Assembly: GCF_009914755.1 (NCBI RefSeq)
Contig: NC_060943.1
DNA from: the human T2T-CHM13v2.0 reference genome, Homo sapiens
Reading direction: 5' to 3' (one strand)
DNA length: 64,000 nt
In this document: positions 41,201 through 53,800 of the stretch, in pieces
Layout: every line of letters starts with the position of its first letter
How positions within the stretch are numbered: the stretch's first letter is position 1
Translations under genes and position numbers: made by a program
Notes under the pieces: generated by a model
The model's database searches: none
The model's input: the letters and a program-made list of their open reading frames with translations, nothing else
Told to the model about the DNA's origin: nothing

Positions 41201-43000
41201 GTTTGTAAAGTCTGCAAGTGGATATTCAGACATCTTTGAGGCTTTCGTTGGAAACGGGATTTCTTCATATTCTGCTAGACAGAAGAATTCTCAGAAACTT
41301 CGATGTGTTGTGTGTTTTCAAATCACAGAGTTCAACGATCCTTCACAGAGTAGACTTGAAACACTCTTTTTGTGGAATTGGCAGGGTGGAGATTTCAGCC
41401 GCTATGAGGTCAATGGTAGAAAAGGAAATATCTTCATATAAAAACTAGACAGAATGATTCTCAGAAACTCCTTTGTGATGTCTGCGTTCAACTCACAGAG
41501 TTTAACCTTTCTTTTCATAGAGCAGTTAGGAAACACTCTGTTTGTAAAGTCTGCAAGTGGATATTCAGACCTCTTTGAGACCTTCGTTGGAAACGGGATT
41601 TCTTCATATTCTGCTATACAGAAGAATTCTCAGTAACTTCCTTGTGTTGTGTGTATTCAACTCACAGAGTTGAACGATCCTTTACACAGAGCAGACTTGA
41701 AACACTCTTTTTGTGGAATTTGCAAGTGGAGATTTCAGCCGCTTTGAGGTCAATGGTAGAAAAGGAAATATCTTCCTATAGAAACTAGACAGAATGATTC
41801 TCAGAAACTCCTTTGTGATGTGTGCGTTCAACTCACAGAGTTCAACCTTTCTTTTCATAGAGCAGTTGGGAAACACTCTGTTTGTAAAGTCTGCAAGTGG
41901 ATATTCAGACTTCTTTGAGGCCTTCGTTGGAAGCGGGATTTCTTCATATTCTGCTAGACAGAAGAATTCTCAGTAACTTCCTTGTGTTGTGTGTATTCAA
42001 CTCACAGAGTTGAATGATGCTTTACACAGAACAGACTTGAAACACTCTTGTTGTGGAATTTTAAAGTGGAGATTTCAGCCGCTTTGAGGTCAACGGTAGA
42101 ATAGGTAATATCTTCCTATAGAAACTAGACAGAATGATTCTCAGAAACTCCTTTGTGATGTGTGCGTTCAACTCACAGAGTTTAACCTTTCTTTTCATAG
42201 AGCAGTTAGGAAACACTCTGTTTGTAAAGTCTGCAAGTGGATATTCAGACCTCCTTGAGGCCTTCGTTGGAAACGGGATTTCTTCATATTATGCTAGACA
42301 GAAGAATTCTCAGTAACTTCCTTGTGTTGTGTGTATTCAACTCACAGAGTTGAACGATCCTTTACACAGAGCAGACTTGAAACACTCTTTTTGTGGAATT
42401 TGCAAGTGGAGATTTCTGCCGCTTTGAGGTCAATGGTAGAATAGGAAATATCTTCCTATAGAAACTAGACAGAATGATTCTCAGAAACTCCTTTGTGATG
42501 TGTGCGTTCAACTCACAGAGTTTAACCTTTCTTTTCATAGAGCAGTTAGGAAACACTCTGTTTGTAAAGTCTGCAAGTGGATATTCAGACCTCTTTGAGG
42601 CCTTCGTTGGAAACGGGATTTCTTCATATTATGCTAGACAGAAGGATTCTCAGTAACTTCCTTGTGTTGTGTGTATTCAACTCACAGAGTTGAACGATCC
42701 TTTACACAGAGCAGACTTGAAACACTCTTTTTGTGGAATTTGCAAGTGGAGATTTCAGCCGCTTTGAGGTCAATGTTAGAAAAGGAGATATCTTCGTATA
42801 AAAACTAGACAGAATGATTCTCAGAAACTCCTTTGTGATGTGTGCGTTCAACTCACAGAGTTTAACCTTTCTTTTCATAGAGCAGTTAGGAAACACTCTG
42901 TTTGTAAAGTCTGCAAGTGGATATTCAGACCTCTTTGAGGCCTTCGTTGGAAACGGGATTTCTTCATATTATGCTAGACAGAAGAATTCTCAGTAACTTC
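38284..43000 (+). repeat. Tandem duplication of ~7 dimers, period 2379 bp
   Basis: Both copies share a 2-bp deletion (gatccttcacag at ~38963/41342) and the markers cgAtgtg, caaAtcac and gctAtgag. Confidence 0.9.
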
Positions 43001-46000
43001 CTTGTGTTTTGTGTATTCAACTCACAGAGTTGAACGATCCTTTACACAGAGCAGACTTGAAACACTCTTTTTGTGGAATTTGCAAGTGGAGATTTCAGCC
43101 GCTTTGAGTTCAATGGTAGAATAGGAAATATCTTCCTATAGAAACTAGACAGAATGATTCTCAGAAACTCCTTTGTGATGTGTGCGTTCAACTCACAGAG
43201 TTCAACCTTTCTTTTCCTAGAGCAGTTGGGAAACACTCTGTTTGTAACGTCTGCAAGTGGATATTCAGTCTTCTTTGAGGCCTTCGTTGGAAGCGGGATT
43301 TCTTCATATTCTGCTAGACAGAAGAATTGTCAGTAACTTCCTTCTGTTGTGTGTATTCAACTCACAGAGTTGAACGATCCTTTACTCAGAGCAGACTTGA
43401 AACACTCTTTTTGTGGAATTTGCAAGTGGAGATTTCAGCCGCTTTGAGGTCAATGGTAGAATAGGAAATATCTTCCTATAGAAACTAGACAGAATGATTC
43501 TCAGAAACTCCTTTGTGATGTGTGCGTTCAACTCACAGAGTTTAACCTTTCTTTTCATAGAGCAGTTAGGAAACACTCTGTTTGTAAAGTCTGCAAGTGG
43601 ATATTCAGACATCCATGAGGCATTCATTGGAAACGGGATTTCTTCATATTCTGCTAGAAAGAAGAATTCTCAGTAACTTCCTTGTGTTGTGTGTATTCAA
43701 CTCACAGAGTTGAATGATCCTTTACACAGAACAGTCTTGAAACACTCTTTTTGTGGAATTTGCAAGTGGAGATTTCAGCCGCTTTGAGGTCAATGGTAGA
43801 ATAGGAAATATCTTCCTATAGAAACTAGACAGAATGATTCTCAGAAACTCCTTTGTGATGTGTGCGTTCAACTCACAGAGTTTAACCTTTCTTTTCATAG
43901 AGCAGTTAGGAAACACTCTGTTTGTAAAGTCTGCCAGTGGATATTCAGACATCTTTGAGGCTTTCGTTGGAAAAGGGATTTCTTCATATTCTGCTAGACA
44001 GAAGAATTCTCAGAAACTTCCTTGTGTTGTGTGTTTTCAACTCACAGAGTTCAACGATCCTTTACACAGAGTAGACTTGAAACACTCTTTTTGTGGAATT
44101 GGCAGGGTGGAGATTTCAGCCGCTTTGAGGTCAATGGCAGAAAAGGAAATATCTTCGTATAAAAACTAGACAGAGTGATTCTCAGAAACTCCTTTGTGAT
44201 GTCTGTGTTTAACTCACAGAGTTTAACCTTTCTTTTCATAGAGCAGTTAGGAAACACTCTGTTTGTAAAGTGTGCAAGTGGATATTCAGACCTCCTTGAG
44301 GCCTTCTTTGGAAACGGGATTTCTTCATATTATGCTAGACAGAAGAATTCTCAGTAACTTCCTTGTGTTGTGTGTATTCAACTCACAGAGTTGAACGATC
44401 CTTTACACAGAGCAGACTTGAAACACTCTTTTTGTGGAATTTGCAAGTGGAGATTTCAGCCGCTTTGAGGTCAATGGTAGAATAGGAAATATCTTCCTAT
44501 AGAAACTAGACAGAATGATTCTCAGAAACTCCTTTGTGATGTGTGCGTTCAACTCACAGAGTTTAACCTTTCTTTTCATAGAGCAGTTAGGAAACACTCT
44601 GTTTGTAAAGTCTGCAAGTGGATATTCAGATATCCTTGAGGCTTTCGTTGGAAACGGGATTTCTTCATATTCTGCTAGAAAGAAGAATTCTCAGTAAGTT
44701 CCTTGTGTTGTGTGTATTCAACTCACAGAGTTGAACGATCCTTTACACAGAGCAGACTTGAAACACTCTTTTTGTGGAATTTGCAAGTGGAGATTTCAGC
44801 CGCTTTGAGGTCAATGGTAGAATAGGAAATATCTTCCTATAGAAACTAGACAGAATGATTCTCAGAAACTCCTTTGTGATGTGTGCGTTCAACTCACAGA
44901 GTTTAACCTTTCTTTTCATAGAGCAGTTAGGAAACACTCTGTTTGTAAAGTCTGCAAGTGGATATTCAGATATCCTTGAGGCTTTCGTTGGAAACGGGAT
45001 TTCTTCATATTCTGCTAGAAAGAAGAATTCTCAGTTACTTCCTTGTGTTGTGTGTATTCAACTCACAGAGTTGAATGATCCTTTACACAGAGCAGACTTG
45101 AAACACTCTTTTTGTGGAATTTGCAAGTGGAGATTTCAGCCGCTTTGAGGTCAATGGTAGAATAGGAAATATCTTCCTATAGAAACTAGACAGAATGATT
45201 CTGAGAAACTCCTTTGTGATGTGTGCGTTCAACTCACAGAGTTTAACCTTTCTTTACATAGAGCAGTTAGGAAACACTCAGTTTGTAAAGTCTGCAAGAG
45301 GATATTCAGACATCTTTGAGGCTTTCGTTGGAAACGGGATTTCTTCATATTCTGCTAGACAGAAGAATTCTCAGAAACTTCGTTGTGTTGTGTGTTTTCA
45401 ACTCACAGAGTTCAACGATCCTTTACACAGAGTAGACTTGAAACACTCTTTTTGTGGAATTGGCAGGGTGGAGATTTCAGCCGCTTTGAGGTCAATGGTA
45501 GAAAAGGAAATATCTTCGTATAAAAACTAGACAGAGTGATTCTCAGAAACTCCTTTGTGATGTCTGCGTTCAACTCACAGAGTTTAACCTTTCCTTTCAT
45601 AGAGCAGTTAGGAAACACTCTGTTTGTAAAGTCTGCAAGTGGGTATTCAGACCTCCTTGAGGCCTTCGTTGGAAACGGGATTTCTTCATATTCTGCCATA
45701 CAGAAGAATTCTCAGAAACTTCCTTGTGTTGTGTGTATTCAACTCACAGAGTTGAACGATCGTTTACACAGAGCAGACTTGAGACACTCTTTTTGTGGAA
45801 TTTGTAAGTGGAGATTTCAGCCGATATGAGGTCAATGGTCGAAAAGGAAATATCTTCATATAAAAACTAGACAGAAAGATTCTCAGAAACTCCTTTGTGA
45901 TGTGTGCGTTCAACTCACAGAGTTTAACCTTTCTTTTCATAGAGCAGTTAGGAAACACTCTGTTTGTAAAGTCTGCAAGTGGATATTCAGACCTCATTGA

Positions 46001-48143
46001 GGCCTTCGTTGGAAACGGGATTTCTTCATATTATGCTAGACAGAAGAATTCTCAGTAACTTCCTTGTGTTGTGTGTATTCAACTCACAGAGTTGAACGAT
46101 CTTTTACACAGACCAGAGTTGAAACACTCTTTTTGTGGAATTTGCAAGTGGAGATTTCAGCCGCTTTGAGGTCAATGGTAGAATAGGAAATATCTTCCTA
46201 TAGAAACTAGACAGAATGATTCTGAGAAACTCCTTTGTGATGTGTGCATTCAACTCACAGAGTTTAACCTTTCTTTTCATAGAGCAGTTAGGAAACACTC
46301 TGTTTGTAAAGTCTGCAAGTGGATATTCAGACCTCCTTGAGGCCTTCGTTGGAAACGGGATTTCTTCATATTATGCTAGACAGAAGAATTCTCAGTAACT
46401 TCCTTGTGTTGTGTGTATTCAACTCACAGAGTTGAACGATCCTTTACACAGAGCAGACTTGAAACACTCTTTTTGTGGAATTTGCAAGTGGAGATTTCAG
46501 CCGCTTTGAGTTCAATGGTAGAATAGGAAATATCTTCCTATAGAAACTAGACAGAATGATTCTCAGAAACTCCTTTGTGATGTGTGCGTTCAACGCACAG
46601 AGTTCAACCTTTCTTTTCATAGAGCAGTTGGGAAACACTCTGTTTGTAAAGTCTGCAAGTGGATATTCAGACTTCTTTGAGGCCTTCGTTGGAAGCGGGA
46701 TTTCTTCATATTCAACTAGACAGAAGAATTCTCAGTAAGTTCCTTGTGTTGTGTGTATTCAACTCAGAGAGTTGAATGATCCTTTACACAGAACAGACTT
46801 GAAACACTCTTGTTGTGGAATTTTCAAGTGGAGATTTCAGCCGCTTTGAGGTCAACGGTAGAATAGGTAATATCTTCCTATAGAAACTAGACAGAATGAT
46901 TCTCAGAAACTCCTTTGTGATGTGTGCGTTCAACTCACAGAGTTTAACCTTTCTTTTCATAGAGCAGTTAGGAAACACTCTGTTTGTAAAGTCTGCAAGT
47001 GGATATTCAGACCTCCTTGAGGCCATCATTGGAAACGGGATTTCTTCATATTATGCTAGACAGAAGAATTCTCAGTAACTTCCTTGTGTTGTGTGTATTC
47101 AACTCACAGAGTTGAACGATCCTTTACACAGAGCAGACTTGAAACACTCTTTTTGTGGAATTTGCAAGTGGAGATTTCAGCCGCTTTGAGGTCAATGGTA
47201 GAATAGGAAATATCTTCCTATAGAAACTAGACAGAATGATTCTCAGAAACTCCTTTGTGATGTGTGCGTTCAACTCACAGAGTTTAACCTTTCTTTTCAT
47301 AGAGCAGTTAGGAAACACTCTGTTTGTAAAGGCTGCAAGTGGATATTCAGACCTCCTTGAGGCCTTCGTTGGAAACGGGATTTCTTCATATTATGCTAGA
47401 CAGAAGAATTCTCAGTCACTTCCTTGTGTTGTGTGTATTCAACTCACAGAGTTGAACGATCCTTTACACAGAGCAGACTTGAAACACTCTTTTTGTGGAA
47501 TTTGCAAGTGGAGATTTCAGCCGCTTTGAGGTCAATGGTAGAAAAGGAAATATCTTCGTATAAAAACTAGACAGAATGATTCTCAGAAACTCCTTTGTGA
47601 TGTGTGCGTTCAACTCACAGAGTTTAACCTTTCTTTTCATAGAGCAGTTAGGAAACACTCTGTTTGTAAAGTCTGCAAGTGGATATTCAGACCTCCTTGA
47701 GGCCTTCGTTGGAAACGGGATTTCTTCATATTATGCTAGACAGAAGAATTCTCAGTAACTTCCTTGTGTTGTGTGTATTCAACTCACAGAGTTGAACGAT
47801 CCTTTACACAGAGCAGACTTGAAACACTCTTTTTGTGGAATTTGCAAGTGGAGATTTCAGCCGCTTTGAGGTCAATGGTAGAATAGGAAATATCTTCCTA
47901 TAGAAACTAGACAGAATGATTCTCAGAAACTCCTTTGTGATGTGTGCGTTCAACTCACAGAGTTTAACCTTTCTTTTCAGAGAGCAGTTAGGAAACACTC
48001 TGTTTGTAAAGTCTGCAAGTGGATATTCAGACCTCCTTGAGGCCTTCGTTGGAAACTGCATTTCTTCATATTATGCTAGACAGAAGAATTCTCAGTAACT
48101 TCCTTGTGTTGTGTGTATTCAACTCACAGAGTTGAACGATCCT

Positions 48144-50860
48144 TTACACAGAGCAGACTTGAAACACTCTTTTTGTGGAATTTGCAAGTGGAGATTTCAG
48201 CCGCTTTGAGTTCAATGGTAGAATAGGAAATATCTTCCTATAGAAACTAGACAGAATGATTCTCAGAAACTCCTTTGTGATGTGTGCGTTCAACTCACAG
48301 AGTTCAACTTTTCTTTTCCTAGAGCAGTTGGGAAACACTCTGTTTGTAAAGTCTGCAAGTGGATATTCAGACTTCTTTGAGGCCTTCGTTGGAAGCGGGA
48401 TTTTTTCATATTCTGCTAGACAGAAGAATTCTCAGTAACTTCCTTCTGTTGTGTGTATTCAACTCACAGAGTTGAACGATCCTTTACACAGAGCAGACTT
48501 GAAACACTCTTTTTGTGGAATTTGCAAGTGGAGATTTCAGCCGCTTTGAGGTCAATGGTAGAATAGGAAATATCTTCCTATAGAAACTAGACAGAATGAT
48601 TCTCAGAAACTCCTTTGTGATGTGTGCGTTCAACTCACAGAGTTTAACCTTTCTTTTCATAGAGCAGTTAGGAAACACTCTGTTTGTAAAGTCTGCAAGT
48701 GGATATTCAGACATCTTTGAGGCTTTCGTTGGAAACGGGATTTCTTCATATTCTGCTAGACAGAAGAATTCTCAGAAACTTCGTTGTGTTGTGTGTTTTC
48801 AACTCACAGAGTTCAACGATCCTTTACACAGAGTAGACTTGAAACACTCTTTTTGTGGAATTGGCAGGGTGGAGATTTCAGCCGCTTTGAGGTCAATGGT
48901 AGAAAAGGAAATATCTTCGTATAAAAACTAGACAGAGTGATTCTCAGAAACTCCTTTGTGATGTCTGCGTTTAACTCACAGAGTTTAACCTTTCTTTTCA
49001 TAGAGCAGTTAGGAAACACTCTGTTTGTAAAGTCTGCAAGTGGATATTCAGACCTCCTTGAGGCCTTCGTTGGAAACGGGATTTCTTCATATTATGCTGG
49101 ACAGAAGAATTCTCAGTAACTTCCTTGTGTTGTGTGTATTCAACTCACAGAGTTGAACGATCCTTTACACAGAGCAGACTTGAAACACTCTTTTTGTGGA
49201 ATTTGCAAGTGGAGATTTCAGCCGCTTTGAGGTCAATGGTAGAATAGGAAATATCTTCCTATAGAAACTAGACAGAATGATTCTCAGAAACTCCTTTGTG
49301 ATGTGTGCGTTCAACTCACAGAGTTTAACCTTTCTTTTCATAGAGCAGTTAGGAAACACTCTGTTTGTAAAGTCTGCAAGTGGATATTCAGACCTCTTTG
49401 AGGCCTTCGTTGGAAACGGGATTTCTTCATATTATACTAGACAGAAGAATTCTCAGTAACTTCCTTGTGTTGTGTGTATTCAACTCACAGAGTTGAACGA
49501 TCCTTTACACAGAGCAGACTTGAAACACTCTTTTTGTGGAATTTGCAAGTGGAGATTTCAGCCGCTTTGAGGTCAATGGTAGAATAGGAAATATCTTCCT
49601 ATAGAAACTAGACAGAACGATTCTCAGAAACTCCTTTGTGATGTGTGCGTTCAACTCACAGAGTTCAACTTTTCTTTTCCTAGAGCAGTTGGGAAACACT
49701 CTGTTTGTAAAGTCTGCAAGTGGATATTCAGACTTCTTTGAGGCCTTCGTTGGAAGCGGGATTTCTTCATATTCTGCTAGACAGAAGAATTCTCAGTAAC
49801 TTCCTTCTGTTGTGTGTATTCAACTCACAGAGTTGAACGATCCTTTACACAGAGCAGACTTGAAACACTCTTTTTGTGGAATTTGCAAGTGGAGATTTCA
49901 GCCGCTTTGAGGTCAATGGTAGAATAGGAAATATCTTCCTATAGAAACTAGACAGAATGATTCTAAGAAACTCCTTTGTGATGTGTGCGTTCAACTCACA
50001 GAGTTTAACCTTTCTTTTCATAGAGCAGTTAGGAAACACTCTGTTTGTAAAGTCTGCAAGTGGATATTCAGACATCTTTGAGGCTTTCGTTGGAAACGGG
50101 ATTTCTTCATATTCTGCTAGACAGAAGAATTCTCAGAAACTTCGTTGCGTTGTGTGTTTTGAACTCACAGAGTTCAACGATCCTTTACACAGAGTAGACT
50201 TGAAACACTCTTTTTGTGGAATTGGCAGGGTGGAGATTTCAGCCGCTTTGAGGTCAATGGTAGAAAAGGAAATATCTTCGTATAAAAACTAGACAGAGTG
50301 ATTCTCAGAAACTCCTTTGTGATGTCTGCGTTTAACTCACAGAGTTTAACCTTTCTTTTCATAGAGCAGTTAGGAAACACTCTGTTTGTAAAGTCTGCAA
50401 GTGGATATTCAGACCTCCTTGAGGCCTTCGTTGGAAACGGGATTTCTCCATATTATGCTGGACAGAAGAATTCTCAGTAACTTCCTTGTGTTGTGTGTAT
50501 TCAACTCACAGAGTTGAACGATCCTTTACACAGAGCAGACTTGAAACACTCTTTTTGTGGAATTTGCAAGTGGAGATTTCAGCCGCTTTGAGTTCAATGG
50601 TAGAATAGGAAATATCTTCCTATAGAAACTAGACAGAATGATTCTCAGAAACTCCTTTGTGATGTGTGCGTTCAACTCACAGAGTTTAACCTTTCTTTTC
50701 ATAGAGCAGTTAGGAAACACTCTGTTTGTAAAGTCTGCAAGTGGATATTCAGACCTCTTTGAGGCCTTCGTTGGAAACGGGATTTCTTCATATTATGCTA
50801 GACAGAAGAATTCTCAGTAACTTCCTTGTGTTGTGTGTATTCAACTCACAGAGTTGAACG
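48144..50860 (+). repeat. Tandem duplication of 4 dimers, period 1361 bp
   Basis: Dimers pair as 48144/49505, 48484/49845 and 48813/50174. The marker atgctGgac occurs at ~49095 and ~50456. Confidence 0.85.
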
Positions 50861-53800
50861 ATCCTTTACACAGAGCAGACTTGAAACACTCTTTTTGTGG
50901 AATTTGCAAGTGGAGATTTCAGCCGCTTTGAGGTCAATGGTAGAAAAGGAAATATCTTCGTATAAAAACTAGACAGAATGATTCTCAGAAACTCCTTTGT
51001 GATGTGTGCATTCAACTCACAGAGTTTAACCTTTCTTTTCATAGAGCAGTTAGGAATCACTCTGTTTGTAAAGTCTGCAAGTGGATATTCAGACCTCCTT
51101 GAGGCCTTCTTTGGAAACGGGATTTCTTCATATTATGCTAGACAGAAGAATTCTCAGTAACTTCGTTGTGTTGTGTGTATTCAACTCACAGAGTTGAACG
51201 ATCCTTTACACAGAGCAGACTTGAAACACTCTTTTTGTGGAATTTGCAAGTGGAGATTTCAGCCGCTTTGAGGTCAATGGTAGAATAGGAAATATCTTCC
51301 TATAGAAACTAGACAGAATGATTCTGAGAAACTCCTTTGTGATGTGTGCATTCAACTCACAGAGTTTAACCTTTCTTTTCATAGAGCAGTTAGGAAACAC
51401 TCTGTTTGTAAAGTCTGCAAGTGGATATTCAGACCTCCTTGAGGCCTTCGTTGGAAACGGGATTTCTTCATATTATGCTAGACAGAAGAATTCTCAGTAA
51501 CTTCCTTGTGTTGCGTGTATTCAACTCACAGCGTTGAACGATCCTTTACACAGAGCAGACTTGAAACACTCTTTTTGTGGAATTTGCAAGTGGAGATTTC
51601 AGCCGCTTTGAGGTCAATGGTAGAATAGGAAATGTCTTCCTATAGAAACTAGACAGAATGATTCTCAGAAACTCCTTTGTGATGTGTGCGTTCAACTCAC
51701 AGAGTTTAACCTTTCTTTTCATAGAGCAGTTAGGAAACACTCTGTTTGTAAAGTCTGCAAGTGGATATTCAGACATCCTTGAGGCTTTCGTTGGAAACGG
51801 GATTTCTTCATATTCTGCTAGAAAGAAGAATTCTCAGTAACTTCCTTGTGTTGTGTGTATTCAACTCACAGAGTTGAACGATCCTTTACACAGAGCAGAC
51901 TTGAAACACTCTTTTTGTGGAATTTGCAAGTGGAGATTTCAGCCGCTTTGAGGTCAATGGTAGAAAAGGAAATATCTTCGTATAAAAACTAGACAGAATG
52001 ATTCTCAGAAACTCCTTTGTGATGTGTGCATTCAACTCACAGAGTTTAACCTTTCTTTTCATAGAGCAGTTAGGAAACACTGTTTGTAAAGTCTGCAAGT
52101 GGATATTCAGACCTCCTTGAGGCCTTCGTTGGAAACGGGGTTTCTTCATATTATGCTAGACAGAAGAATTCTCAGTAACTTCCTTGTGTTGTGTGTATTC
52201 AACTCACAGAGTTGAACGATCCTTTACACAGAGCAGACTTGAAACACTCTTTTTGTGGAATTTGCAAGTGGAGATTTCAGCCGCTTTGAGGTCAATGGTA
52301 GAAAAGGAAATATCTTCGTATAAAAACTAGACAGATTGATTCTCAGAAACTCCTTTGTGATGTGTGCGTTCAACTCACAGAGTTTAACCTTTCTTTTCAT
52401 AGAGCAGTTAGGAAACACTCTGTTTGTAAAGTCTGCAAGTGGATATTCAGACCTCCTTGAGGCCTTCGTTGGAAACGGGATTTCTTCATATTATGCTAGA
52501 CAGAAGAATTCTCAGTAACTTCCTTGTGTTCTGTGTATTCAACTCACAGAGTTGAACGATCCTTTACACAGAGCAGACTTGAAACACTCTTTTTGTGGAA
52601 TTTGCAAGTGGAGACTTCAGCCGCTTTGAGGTCAATGGTAGAATAGGAAATATCTTCCTATAGAAACTAGACAGAATGATTCTGAGAAACTCCTTTGTGA
52701 TGTGTGCGTTCAACTCACAGAGTTCAACCTTTCTTTTCATAGAGCAGTTGGGAAACACTCTGTTTGTAAAGTCTGCAAGTGGATATTCAAACTTCTTTGA
52801 GGCCTTCGTTGGAAGCGGGATTTCTTCATGTTCTGCTAGACAGAAGAATTCTCAGAAACTTCCTTGTGTTGTGTGTTTTCAACTCACAGAGTTGAACGAT
52901 GCTTTACACAGAGTAGACTTGAAACACTCTTTTTGTGTAATTTGCAAGTGGAGATTTCAGCCGCTTTGAGGTCAATGGTAGAAAAGGAAATATCTTCGTA
53001 TAAAAACTAGACAGAATGATTCTCAGAAACTCCTTTGTGATGTGTGCGTTCAACTCACAGAGTTTAACCTTTCTTTTCATAGAGCAGTTAGGAAACACTC
53101 TGTTTGTAAAGTCTGCAAGTGGATATTCAGACCTCCTTGAGGCCTTCGTTGGAAACGGGATTTCTTCATATTATGCTAGACAGAAGAATTCTCAGTAACT
53201 TCCTTGTGTTGTGTGTATTCAACTCACAGAGTTCAACGATCCTTTACACAGAGCAGACTTGAAACACTCTTTTTGTGGAATTTGCAGGTGGAGATTTCAG
53301 CCGCTTTGAGGTCAATGGTAGAATAGGAAATATCTTCCTATAGAAACTAGACAGAATGATTCTCAGAAACTCCTTTGTGATGTGTGCGTTGAACTCACAC
53401 TGTTTAACCTTTCTTTTCATAGAGCAGTTAGGAAACACTCTGTTTGTAAAGTCCGCAAGTGGATATTCAGACCTCCTTGAGGCATTCGTTGGAAACGGGA
53501 TTTCTTCATATTATGCTAGACAGAAGAATTCTCAGTAACTTCCTTGTGTTGTGTGTATTCAACTCACAGAGTTGAACGATCCTTTACACATAGCAGACTT
53601 GAAACACTCTTTTTGTGGAATTTGCAAGTGGAGATTTCAGCCGCTTTGAGTTCAATGGTAGAATAGGAAATATCTTCCTATAGAAACTAGACAGAATGAT
53701 TCTCAGAAACTCCTTTGTGATGTGTGCGTTCAACTCACAGAGTTCAACCTTTCTTTTCATAGAGCAGTTGGGAAACACTCTGTTTGTAAAGTCTGCAAGT

